From: Bradymonadia bacterium
GTDB taxonomy: Bacteria; Myxococcota_A; Bradymonadia; UBA7976; UBA1532
NCBI GenBank assembly: GCA_046290225.1
Contig: JBKAGE010000082.1
Location: forward strand, 203,402-267,401
Direction of reading: 5' to 3'
Length of the DNA: 64,000 nucleotides
The position numbers and the translations under genes were made by a program. Each line of letters begins with the position of its first letter. The first letter of the stretch is position 1. Shown in pieces: positions 50,520 through 59,715 of the stretch. The notes beneath the pieces were generated by a model that was given only the letters and a program-made list of their open reading frames with translations, was not told the DNA's origin and made no database searches.

Positions 50520-52378
50520 TGTCCGAGGGGGGCACTGCCGAGATCCTGACCACACAGGTCGACCTGCCCGGGCTCATGAAGGTCCTGGGCCACAACCTCT
50601 ACTCCACGCCCAGCGTGGCGCTCCGGGAGCTGGTGCAGAACGCCCACGACGCCTGTGAGCGTCGCGCCATGGAAGATCCCGAAGGCGCCTCGGAGCCGCA
50701 GATTACGCTGCGGCCTGATCCAAAGCGTCGTTGCCTGATCATCGAAGACACTGGGGCGGGGCTCACCCGCGACGAGATCGTACGCTATCTGGCCACGGTG
50801 GGCTCGGGCTACACCGGCCGCATGCGGGCCGAGGCGAAGACTGAAGACGAGAGCCCCGACGCCGATCAGACGGCGCTCATCGGCCGCTTTGGCCTCGGGT
50901 TCCTGTCGGCCTTCTTCGTGAGCACGAAGGTGGAGCTGGTCACCACCTCGTACCAGTCTCCCGACGAGGCCTGGCGCTTCACCAGCACTGGCGGAGAGCG
51001 CTACCACCTCGCGCCAGCACAACAGCGCCCCGTGGGCACCGAGATCACGCTGCACCTGTCCGAGGCCTTCGAGAAGCTCGCCGAGCCCGAGGTCTGCGAG
51101 GCCTTGCTGGTCCGCTACTGCGGCCTGCTTCGACACCCCATCTCAATGGGGGGCGCGGCGCCGGTGAATCGCCCGGAGCCCCCCTGGCGTCGCGCTGACT
51201 GGGCTGATCTGCCGCCCGTGCGTCGCGCTCACCTTCAGCAGGAGTTCGCTGGGCGCTTCGAGCCACGCTTCGAGCCCATCTGCGTGATCCCGATGCCTGA
51301 AGACGGCCCGATTCAGGGCCTGCTCTGGGTGCAGGACGGCGCCACCTACGGCACCTCCGACAACCGCAACCTCTCGGTCTTCGTCCGGGGCATGCTGGTG
51401 AGCGCCGAGGTGCAACAGCTGCTCCCCATGTGGGCGGGCTTTTGTGGCGGCGTGGTGGAGTCGGCGGTGCTCACCCCCACGGCGAGCCGGGAAGATCTAC
51501 AACGCGACGCCGCGTGGCACGAGGCCGAGGCGGCGATCCGAGAGGCCCTCATTGACGGCTTGTCGATGCTGCCCGAGGCGCAACCTGCCGCCTGGCGTCG
51601 AGTACTCAAGCGCCACAACGAGGCCCTGCTCGGCGCCGCATTGTGCGACACCCGCCTCTTCTCGTTGCTCGCCGACGCGCTGAAGGTACCCACCACCGAG
51701 GGCGATCTGCCCATGACCGCCGTGAAACGTCGGGGGCCGGTCCACGTGACCCTCGGGGAGCAGGGCGGCTACGAGGAGGTGCTGTTCCGAGCCCTGCAGG
51801 TGCCGGTCGTCCTCGGCACGCGGTATGGCGCCCTGCCCTTCGCCGAACGCTACATGGAGCGCCTCGGCGGCAAGGTCATCCGTCTGGGTACCGAGTCGGG
51901 GAACGCCTCTCTCTTCAGCCCGGCCACCCTCGACGATGCCGATCTCGCGCGGCTGCGTGGGCTCCTCGGCGCCGATGGGCAGATGGTGGTGCCCACCCGC
52001 TTTGCCCCTGCCTCTCTCCCAGCGGTGCTCGTGCCAGACCAGGACGTCGCCCTGCGTCGACGGCTCGAGAAGGACGAGGCCGACAAGCGCATCACCACGA
52101 CTTTGTTGAGTCTGGCGCGCTCGTTCACCGCGAAGATCGACGACACAGTGGCAGCTCGCCTCTACGTGAACCTCGACGCTCCGGTGATTCAGGGGCTGCT
52201 TGAAGCGCCACGAGACGCCGCTCACGAAGCCCGGCAACGGCAGGTGGCTCAGGTGGTCAGGGCCCTCGCGGATCTCACCACTGATCGCAACGCCGCCAAA
52301 GAAGCCGTGGGCACCGACACAGGGGTGATCCTCGACACGTTGACTGAGGCCCTCACGGGCATGCTGGGGGACACATGA
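50519..52378 (+). CDS. HSP90/HtpG-like GHKL ATPase
   Basis: NLYS...LRELVQNAHDA, DTGAGL, YLATVGSG, LIGRFGLGFLSAF, GTEI and TASRE. The ATG overlaps the arsM stop (TGATG). Confidence 0.9.
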   Translation: MSEGGTAEILTTQVDLPGLMKVLGHNLYSTPSVALRELVQNAHDACERRAMEDPEGASEPQITLRPDPKRRCLIIEDTGAGLTRDEIVRYLATVGSGYTGRMRAEAKTEDESPDADQTALIGRFGLGFLSAFFVSTKVELVTTSYQSPDEAWRFTSTGGERYHLAPAQQRPVGTEITLHLSEAFEKLAEPEVCEALLVRYCGLLRHPISMGGAAPVNRPEPPWRRADWADLPPVRRAHLQQEFAGRFEPRFEPICVIPMPEDGPIQGLLWVQDGATYGTSDNRNLSVFVRGMLVSAEVQQLLPMWAGFCGGVVESAVLTPTASREDLQRDAAWHEAEAAIREALIDGLSMLPEAQPAAWRRVLKRHNEALLGAALCDTRLFSLLADALKVPTTEGDLPMTAVKRRGPVHVTLGEQGGYEEVLFRALQVPVVLGTRYGALPFAERYMERLGGKVIRLGTESGNASLFSPATLDDADLARLRGLLGADGQMVVPTRFAPASLPAVLVPDQDVALRRRLEKDEADKRITTTLLSLARSFTAKIDDTVAARLYVNLDAPVIQGLLEAPRDAAHEARQRQVAQVVRALADLTTDRNAAKEAVGTDTGVILDTLTEALTGMLGDT

Positions 52379-54576
52379 ACATCTGGGACTGGGTGCACGA
52401 TCTGCAGACAGAGCTGAGCGAGGCCGGCGAGCACCGCCTCGTGCAGCTGATCGAGGGCATCCCCTCGGCGTCGACGCGCAACCAGCACGCCGCCGTCGAC
52501 GCCATGTACCTCGAGGGCATCGCTCTGGCTCGGGCGCGCAAGCACCCGTGGCTGCAGATCTTCTTCCGCCACTGGCACCTTCAGAGTCGGATCCTCGACC
52601 GACTCGAGGTCGGCGACTGGATGGGCGAGGCGGTGTCACTGCTGGAGTTCGCCAACCGCCCTGAGCACCAGAGCTGCCCACAGAGTGTCTGCGTCACCCA
52701 GGATCTGGTGAGCTGTTATGGGCACATCGACGGCCCGGGGTATGCCCCGGAGCGTCAGGCGGCGGCCCAGGAGACCCTCGATCGCATCAACCCCACCTGG
52801 CCCTGCTTTCAGTGCATCAGCGAAGAGATGGGCATGGCCCTCGTCGACGCCGGCGACGCCGAGGGGGCGCTGGATTTTCTGAACACCCAGCTCGAGGCGG
52901 TCCGCGCCGCTCACCCCCACGACCGGCGGGCTTTGGGCTACCCTCGGGCGCTGGCCATGCTGCGCGCGGGTCGACACGAAGCCGCCGTGGATCTGCTCGA
53001 TCACCTCATCGCCACCCGCGGCAACATCGGCAGCCAGAACTTGCCCCTGCTCAGAGCTCTGGCCCTGGCCCACATGGGCCGCTTCGACGAGGCCCTCGAA
53101 CACCGTGAGCCCTTTGAGCAGTTGAGGGCCACCCTGAGTCACGCCCTGTTGTGGGCCGAGTGCACCTTCCTGCTGGTCGAAGGCGCCGCCGAAGCCAACA
53201 CTTGGCACGTCGATCAGGCCTTCGTCGAGCTGCAGCATCGAGCCGAGCGGCAAGGGGTAATCCGCCACAGCATTCAGCTGGCCCACTGGCGGGCGTCAAT
53301 GGCGCTGGCCCGCAACCGCCCGTACACGGCAGCCCGATGCGCCGACGAGATCGAGCGGCTGATCCCACGCCTGCACCGACCTCTCGGCGCCCCCGAGGCC
53401 CTGGCGGTGCTGCGATCCCAAACCGACCAGGCCCTCGCTGGATGCCAGATCCCAGATCTGCCCGACACACCTGAGGCCTTTGAGCTCGAAGATGATTTTG
53501 ATCCTGAAGAGGCTCTGCCCTGGATCGCCGCAGCCTGTGAGCGCTGGCCCGATGACGAGCGACTCCTGTGCGTGCGCAGCTCGACTCTGAGTTTGCTCGG
53601 CCGCCACAGCGACGCTCGCGCTCAGCTCGAGGCCGGGGCCGCGCAACATCCCGAGAGCGTCCATGTGCACCAACAGCTCGTCAAGACCATCACCACCCTC
53701 GAAGGCACCACCGCAGCCATGGCGTATGTACAAAAACGCCTGGGCGAGGCCATCGACCCTCAGCTGGAGCTCGCCCTCCGCGTGCCCCTCGCGGCGTCGG
53801 TGATTCTGTCGCCAGGGAGCGCGGAGGCGGATCTACACGCGGCCCTCGATCATGTGGCGCGGCTCATCGAGCTGCGACCCACGCACGACACGATGCACCA
53901 CCTCCAGCTCATCGGCGCCACCCGGCTACACCGCTGGGGCACAGTGCGCATGGCAGCGGCGAGCCTGGGCGATGACATCACCCCTGGCTCGACCGAACGC
54001 CCAGATCCGGCTGGCTTCGGCTCGCCGTGCAGGGTGTGGGTAGAGCCCCACCTCACCGACGGCAAGGGGAACATCTTCCCCGCGATCCGCACCGGCCCCG
54101 CCACGGCGCGCATCGCGTGCATGGGCAACTTCGAGGATCAGATCTTCTACCGCGACGAGTACGTGATCGATCCCCACCCGATGAACGCCGACGCCCTCGA
54201 CGAGGGGGAGCTGCCGGTGGTGAGGGGCATCGCCACGCTGCACGCCGAGTACGCCCTGCGCCTCTTCTTGCTCTTCGACTTCGATGATCCGGACATCGTC
54301 GCAGAGACTGCGGAGCAGGTCGACGTAGAGGCCCGCAAGGCCGAGATCGTCGCCCTCATCGAGGCGCACCTGATGCTCGAAGGCGTGCACCTCGGTCGGG
54401 AAGATCCATATATCGTCCCTGATCGGGGCTATATGGCCCGGCTGCTGCTCCCTCCTGAGCACACTCAGCAGGCGATGGAAGACCACATCGCCGCGACCTC
54501 TGAGGCCTGGCCCCACGGCACGGTGAGGGGGTACTGGTTCGACCGGCCCCTCTTCACCTCGACACCCCCCGAGTGA
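52375..54576 (+). CDS. TPR-like helical protein with Cys-rich N-terminal domain (paralog 1)
   Basis: ATGA overlap with the HSP90-like gene. MNIWDWV..., RHW.LQSR, CPQ.VCVTQDL..C...DGPGY and WPCF.CIS.E. Confidence 0.8.
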   Translation: MNIWDWVHDLQTELSEAGEHRLVQLIEGIPSASTRNQHAAVDAMYLEGIALARARKHPWLQIFFRHWHLQSRILDRLEVGDWMGEAVSLLEFANRPEHQSCPQSVCVTQDLVSCYGHIDGPGYAPERQAAAQETLDRINPTWPCFQCISEEMGMALVDAGDAEGALDFLNTQLEAVRAAHPHDRRALGYPRALAMLRAGRHEAAVDLLDHLIATRGNIGSQNLPLLRALALAHMGRFDEALEHREPFEQLRATLSHALLWAECTFLLVEGAAEANTWHVDQAFVELQHRAERQGVIRHSIQLAHWRASMALARNRPYTAARCADEIERLIPRLHRPLGAPEALAVLRSQTDQALAGCQIPDLPDTPEAFELEDDFDPEEALPWIAAACERWPDDERLLCVRSSTLSLLGRHSDARAQLEAGAAQHPESVHVHQQLVKTITTLEGTTAAMAYVQKRLGEAIDPQLELALRVPLAASVILSPGSAEADLHAALDHVARLIELRPTHDTMHHLQLIGATRLHRWGTVRMAAASLGDDITPGSTERPDPAGFGSPCRVWVEPHLTDGKGNIFPAIRTGPATARIACMGNFEDQIFYRDEYVIDPHPMNADALDEGELPVVRGIATLHAEYALRLFLLFDFDDPDIVAETAEQVDVEARKAEIVALIEAHLMLEGVHLGREDPYIVPDRGYMARLLLPPEHTQQAMEDHIAATSEAWPHGTVRGYWFDRPLFTSTPPE

Positions 54577-54667
54577 TGCCCTGACCTTCTGGGGCGATGG
54601 GCTCTGGCTGCCCATCATTCGATTCGCTACGATGCCGGTCCTTTTGTGCTGCCCTTCGAGGAGCGAC

Positions 54668-56815
54668 ATGGACATCTGGGCCTGGGTCAACGACACCATC
54701 CGCGATCTGCGTGAGCAGGGGCACCAGCGCCTCGCCGACATCATGGATGCCTTCAGTGAGGCCGTCTGCGATCATCAGCATGAACTCGTCGATGCGCTGT
54801 ACCCCGAGGCGCTCCACCTCACCCAGAAGGTGGGGCACCCCTGGATCGAGCTGTTCTTCCGACACTGGTATCTACAGAGCCGGGTGCTCAACCGCCTCGA
54901 CGTCGCCCAGTCCCTCGACGAGGCCAACGCCCTCAAGCAATTCGCCGAGACCCCTGAGTGCGCCGAGTGCCCTCAGCGGGTGTGCGTCACTCAAGATCTC
55001 GTGGGGTGCTGGGCGGGCATCGACGGCCCGGGCTATGCCGAGGCCCGCCTCGCCATGAGCACACAGACCCTCGCCACGATCGATCCTCAGTGGCCCTGCT
55101 TCGAATGCATCAGCGCTGAGGGCATCGAGGCCCTCGTCGACGCCGGGCGCCCCGACGAAGCCCTCAGATACGCCGAAGCCCAATACCAGACCCTCATCGA
55201 CGCCGGTCAGCGGGAGACCGCGCTGTGTCATGCCAGAGTGCACGCCCTGCTGCGCCTCGATCGTGGCCAGACCGCCCTGGCCCTACTCGACCAGATGGAC
55301 GCCCACGAGCCCCCAGGTGATCGCCCCGACGATCTCATGGTGCTCCGGGCGCTGGTCCTCGCTCACCTCGGCAAGCACGAAGAGGCCCTCGCCGTGCGGC
55401 CGGCTTTCGATCTCATCGAAGGGACCTGCAGCCTGTACCCCCACTGGGCCGAAGCTACCGTGGTCCTCGCCCGCGCTCGGGCCATCCCCAACGACTGGTC
55501 TCTCGAAGCCGAGCTCGCTGCGCTGCAGCAGCGCCTCGTCGCGCAGGGCGTCATCCGCCACGCGGTGCACATCGCTCAGTGGCGGGCCGAGCTCGCCATG
55601 ACCCGCGTGAGGCCCGAGACCGCGGCGCTGTGCTGTGCACAGCTCGAGGCGCTGTTGCCCCGGCTGAAGGCCCCTCTTGGCGCCGACGAGGCCCTCGATA
55701 CGCTCCGAGAAGAGGTAAACGACCTGCTCGGTGATCTCGGACCCGCTTCGATGGCGCTGCCGCCTGATCCCGCCACCGTGGTGGCTGATCTCGCGCGAGA
55801 TCCCGAGCTCGACCTGCCAGTGCTCGAGGCGGCCCGCCAGCGATGGCCGGACCACGAAGGCCTCGCCCTCGTCACCGCCAGCTCCCTCGACGGCTTGAGC
55901 CGCGGCGCCGAAGCCCTGGGCATGCTTGAAGGCTTCATCCTGGAGCACCCCGAGGCTGGAGAGGCCACCGCCATGGCCTTCGATCTGCGGGTGCAGCACG
56001 GTGGCCTGCCTTCTGCACTGGAGGCCGGCCGTCGATGGCTCGAGTCCATGCCCCCAGAGGCCAGCATCGATCTGCGCATGATCATCGCACAGACCACACT
56101 GCACGGCGGCATGCTCTCGGAGGCCTTCGATCAGTTGCAGGCACTCCAGGCACAGTGCCCCGAGCCCGGACCTCACGATGTGCTGCTCTTGATGGTGGCC
56201 ACTCAGCTCGGGCGCTGGTCCGTGGTCCGAGAGGCAGGCCGTCGGCTGGGCCTGCCCCTCGAAGAGGGCGAGGCGCCGCCCGATCGTGCTCTCTTCGAAG
56301 CGCCATGCGCCATCTTCGCCCTCGATCATCAGGGGGTGCCGTGTATCCGGCAGGCCATGCGCACGGGCCCTGCCACGGCGCAGATCGTCGAGATGGGCCC
56401 CGGTGATGATCCGATCAACTTCGGCGACGAGGTGCTCTTCGATCTGATGAGCGGCCCCGAAGACGAGTCGGCCCCCGTGCTCAACTTCATGGCCACCCTC
56501 GAGCAGCCCTACACCTGTGTATTGCACCTCGAAGGCCACGATCCGGGACTGGAGGGGCTCACCGATTTGGCCCAAGCCCTCACCGCCCTCGGGTTTGTGA
56601 TGGATCCTGCGGGGCCACAGCGTCATCAATCTGGAGAGGTGGACGGCCCGCTCGTCGGCGGATTCGTGTATCGGGGCGCTGGAGATCTGCCCCTCGACGA
56701 GTCAGAGATCGAGGCGTGCCTCAACGCCTTCTCTGCTCGATGGGGCGGCACGGAGATCAGATGGCAGCTTGTGCCTCGCCCTCGTCTTCAGACGGATCCT
56801 CTTCAGTGGCATTGA
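54668..56815 (+). CDS. TPR-like helical protein with Cys-rich N-terminal domain (paralog 2)
   Basis: RBS GAGGAG then ATG 54668 (MDIWAWV). Shares the motifs of paralog 1, including RTGPATA.I. Confidence 0.8.
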   Translation: MDIWAWVNDTIRDLREQGHQRLADIMDAFSEAVCDHQHELVDALYPEALHLTQKVGHPWIELFFRHWYLQSRVLNRLDVAQSLDEANALKQFAETPECAECPQRVCVTQDLVGCWAGIDGPGYAEARLAMSTQTLATIDPQWPCFECISAEGIEALVDAGRPDEALRYAEAQYQTLIDAGQRETALCHARVHALLRLDRGQTALALLDQMDAHEPPGDRPDDLMVLRALVLAHLGKHEEALAVRPAFDLIEGTCSLYPHWAEATVVLARARAIPNDWSLEAELAALQQRLVAQGVIRHAVHIAQWRAELAMTRVRPETAALCCAQLEALLPRLKAPLGADEALDTLREEVNDLLGDLGPASMALPPDPATVVADLARDPELDLPVLEAARQRWPDHEGLALVTASSLDGLSRGAEALGMLEGFILEHPEAGEATAMAFDLRVQHGGLPSALEAGRRWLESMPPEASIDLRMIIAQTTLHGGMLSEAFDQLQALQAQCPEPGPHDVLLLMVATQLGRWSVVREAGRRLGLPLEEGEAPPDRALFEAPCAIFALDHQGVPCIRQAMRTGPATAQIVEMGPGDDPINFGDEVLFDLMSGPEDESAPVLNFMATLEQPYTCVLHLEGHDPGLEGLTDLAQALTALGFVMDPAGPQRHQSGEVDGPLVGGFVYRGAGDLPLDESEIEACLNAFSARWGGTEIRWQLVPRPRLQTDPLQWH

Positions 56816-58664
56816 GCGCCGCCATGATCTCGGACTGCCTGTTGCTCAGGGAGGCCCCCACAGCAATCCAACGGCACACGGTCTGGTGCAGCGCCTCAGG
56901 CTGAATGGGCTTGACCACATAATCATCCATCCCTGCAGCGATACAGGCCGCCCGATCTGCCGACATGGCGCCTGCAGTGAGGGCCACCACCGGCAGATTG
57001 CACGCCGGTGAGGGCAACGCCCGAATACGCCGGGTCGCCTCATAGCCATCCATCACGGGCATGTGACAGTCCATGAGCACCAGATCGAAGGGCCGATCGC
57101 TACTTTGCATGGCCTCTACCGCCTCAGCGCCGTTCTCCACCACCGTCACGACGTGGCCCGCCTTGCGCAACAAGCGCAACGCCAGCATACGGTTCACAGG
57201 ATGATCTTCCACCAGTAGGATCCGGCCTGCCCTCACCGTCCCAATCTCGATGACCTCGGCATGCCTGTCGGTCTGTTGGGGCAGGTCTGGAGCAGCCTGG
57301 AACGGGATCTCCACCCAGAAGGTGCTCCCCTCTCCTGGTACGCTCTTGAGGCCGATGTCACCACCCATCAAGTGGGCAAGGCGCTTACAGATGACCAGGC
57401 CCAGGCCTGTGCCGCCGAATCGGCGTGTCGTCGAGGTGTCGCCCTGGCTGAAGGCCTGAAACAGCTTCTTCTGCTGGGCCTCGTCGATGCCTGCTCCAGT
57501 GTCGATCACCTCCATACGCACGTGATCATTGGGCGCACGCCTCAGCCTCACCTGTACCCCGCCCTCGGAGGTGAACTTGATGCCATTGCTCACCAGGTTG
57601 GTCAGAATCTGACGCAAACGGACTGGATCACCATAGACACGCCGATGCAGCCCGGGATCGACACGTGCTTCGAGACCAATGGCCTTGTCATCGGCCGAGT
57701 GACTCATCAAACGCACGACATCCTCGGCAAGCTCTGCGAGATCGAGTGGAATCTGCTCCAGACTGAGATGGCCAGCTTCGATTTTCGAGAAATCGAGGAT
57801 GTCGTTGAGGATCGTCAACAAGGCCTCACCGGAATTGAGCGCTGTGCGAGCGAGACCTCGCTGCTCTTCGTTGAGAGGGCTCTCGAGGAGCAGCCGGTTC
57901 ATCCCGATGACCCCATTCATGGGGGTGCGGATCTCATGGCTCATGTTGGCCAGGAACATCGACTTCATACGGCTCGCCTGCTCGGCTCGATCGGCCGTAC
58001 GGGCGAGATCTTCCTGACGGGCTTCGGCGAGGCGTTCGAAGCGTGCACGGGCGCCCTCGATGAGGGCGCTCACCATGCCCAGCACCACGAAGACCATCGA
58101 CACCAGGCTCTCACGCAAGACCGCTGAGGCAAAGGGTTCGTCGGGGCTCTGGTTAAAGCCCAGATCGCCCTGTGTATAGAGATACAGCCTCACGGTCATG
58201 GTTTGGACGATGCACAACATGGTGAACACCCACCCCCACCGCACGCCGAGCATGAACATGGCCAGAGGGGGCAGCACAAATGTCCACGCCAGCGGAGGTG
58301 CCGGATCGACACCAGGCATCAAGGTGCTCGAGGCGCAGAAGGCATGGAGCGCCAGCATGTGCACCACCCCGGCGGCGTGCACCTTTCCACTGAAACGTAT
58401 GGTGGCCAGCAAAACGCTGCTGTAGAGCAAGACCCCGGCGATGACCTGGGTGCGGATGTCGAACCAGCCACGCAGCAGCACCTCGGCCACCGCCGCAGGG
58501 GCCGAGAGCAGCACCATCACCAGGACCGAACCGGTGATCAGACGACCACGACGCTGCACGTCATGATCGTCCGGCACACACACCATCGCCCAGCGCAACG
58601 CGCGATGAAACCATCGCGTGCCCCAGGCCGGCGTGGGCTCTTCAGGCAGGTTGAGTGTACTCAT
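56757..58664 (-). CDS. Hybrid sensor histidine kinase / response regulator
   Basis: Multi-TM N-terminus. FLANMSHEIRTPMNG H-box, N/G1/F/G2 boxes and receiver LMDCHMPVMDG...KP. Confidence 0.95.
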   Translation of the reverse strand: MSTLNLPEEPTPAWGTRWFHRALRWAMVCVPDDHDVQRRGRLITGSVLVMVLLSAPAAVAEVLLRGWFDIRTQVIAGVLLYSSVLLATIRFSGKVHAAGVVHMLALHAFCASSTLMPGVDPAPPLAWTFVLPPLAMFMLGVRWGWVFTMLCIVQTMTVRLYLYTQGDLGFNQSPDEPFASAVLRESLVSMVFVVLGMVSALIEGARARFERLAEARQEDLARTADRAEQASRMKSMFLANMSHEIRTPMNGVIGMNRLLLESPLNEEQRGLARTALNSGEALLTILNDILDFSKIEAGHLSLEQIPLDLAELAEDVVRLMSHSADDKAIGLEARVDPGLHRRVYGDPVRLRQILTNLVSNGIKFTSEGGVQVRLRRAPNDHVRMEVIDTGAGIDEAQQKKLFQAFSQGDTSTTRRFGGTGLGLVICKRLAHLMGGDIGLKSVPGEGSTFWVEIPFQAAPDLPQQTDRHAEVIEIGTVRAGRILLVEDHPVNRMLALRLLRKAGHVVTVVENGAEAVEAMQSSDRPFDLVLMDCHMPVMDGYEATRRIRALPSPACNLPVVALTAGAMSADRAACIAAGMDDYVVKPIQPEALHQTVCRWIAVGASLSNRQSEIMAALNATEEDPSEDEGEAQAAI

Positions 58665-58806
58665 GGCCCTTCATCAGCGATCTCTATCCAGACCACTCAT
58701 TAAACGACCAAAATAGAAGAAAAAGAAACAGGTGTGTCAATCAGGGGTGAGGTTGCGATGACCCCCCCAACCAAGCTTTAGAGTTCGACACGCGTTCAAA
58801 GACAGA

Positions 58807-59685
58807 TCAGAGAATCATCACCAACATGCCGGAAACCCCCGTGAGGACAACGCCTTCGACCCATGCTGCGTTGAGGTTTCGGTCTTTGACGATCTCATCC
58901 TTCACCTTGACCCCTGGCAAGATGAAGACATCGACGAGCACCCTCAACACCAGCAACAGAATCGACCCGAGGGCGAAGGTGAGGCCGAATTGGGTGAGCT
59001 GTGTGGGCCAGTCGAGGAAGTCACCGAGCATGCCCTTCATCAGGATCACCCCCGCAGCGACGAGGTTGAGGCCCAGCGCCACACCAGCGGCGACGTTGTC
59101 CCGCTCGATCTCACCGTGCAAGTCATAGCCACACACTGCGCGATAGATGGCACCATAAAGGATGAGACCCACCATGCCGATGGCCGCCATGCCCAAGGCG
59201 GTGTGAGGGCCACCACCCTGACCATGCAGGGCACCGCACATGATCAGGCCCAGGGCGAGATACACGCCCATCTCCACAGCACCTGTGCCTGCGTTCTGGT
59301 CAGTGATGATCTCTTTCACGGTGCTGAAATCCCTCAACACGACGAGATCGACGAGCACCCGGGCGGCGTTGAGCATGATGATGCCCCCGAGGGCATATCC
59401 CCCGGTCAACAGCAGGTCTTCCCAGAGCGCGACCCCTTCTACGGGGGGGCTGGACATGGGCCCGATGCACGTGAGCAGCACGCCGCCATAGTATCCCGCC
59501 ACGGAGAGGCCCAAGGCGGTGTTGTCCTTGGTGGTGAGCTCTTCGGTGAGGGCGTAGGGGGTGAGCCAGTCCTTCACCAGACGGGCCACGATGAGCAACA
59601 CCACCGCGAGGCCCACATAGGCCAGATCGGCGGGAAGATTCTCACCGAAGCGGGTCAGGATGCCTTCCACGGCGCCGTTCTCCAT
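58807..59685 (-). CDS. DUF350 domain membrane protein (duplicated)
   Basis: Repeated EL/EI...N.A.G motifs between TM helices. Lies downstream of speE. RBS GGAGAGG. Confidence 0.85.
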   Translation of the reverse strand: MENGAVEGILTRFGENLPADLAYVGLAVVLLIVARLVKDWLTPYALTEELTTKDNTALGLSVAGYYGGVLLTCIGPMSSPPVEGVALWEDLLLTGGYALGGIIMLNAARVLVDLVVLRDFSTVKEIITDQNAGTGAVEMGVYLALGLIMCGALHGQGGGPHTALGMAAIGMVGLILYGAIYRAVCGYDLHGEIERDNVAAGVALGLNLVAAGVILMKGMLGDFLDWPTQLTQFGLTFALGSILLLVLRVLVDVFILPGVKVKDEIVKDRNLNAAWVEGVVLTGVSGMLVMIL

Positions 59686-59715
59686 ATCACCTCTCCATGC
59701 AGCCAGCAGGCTGGC

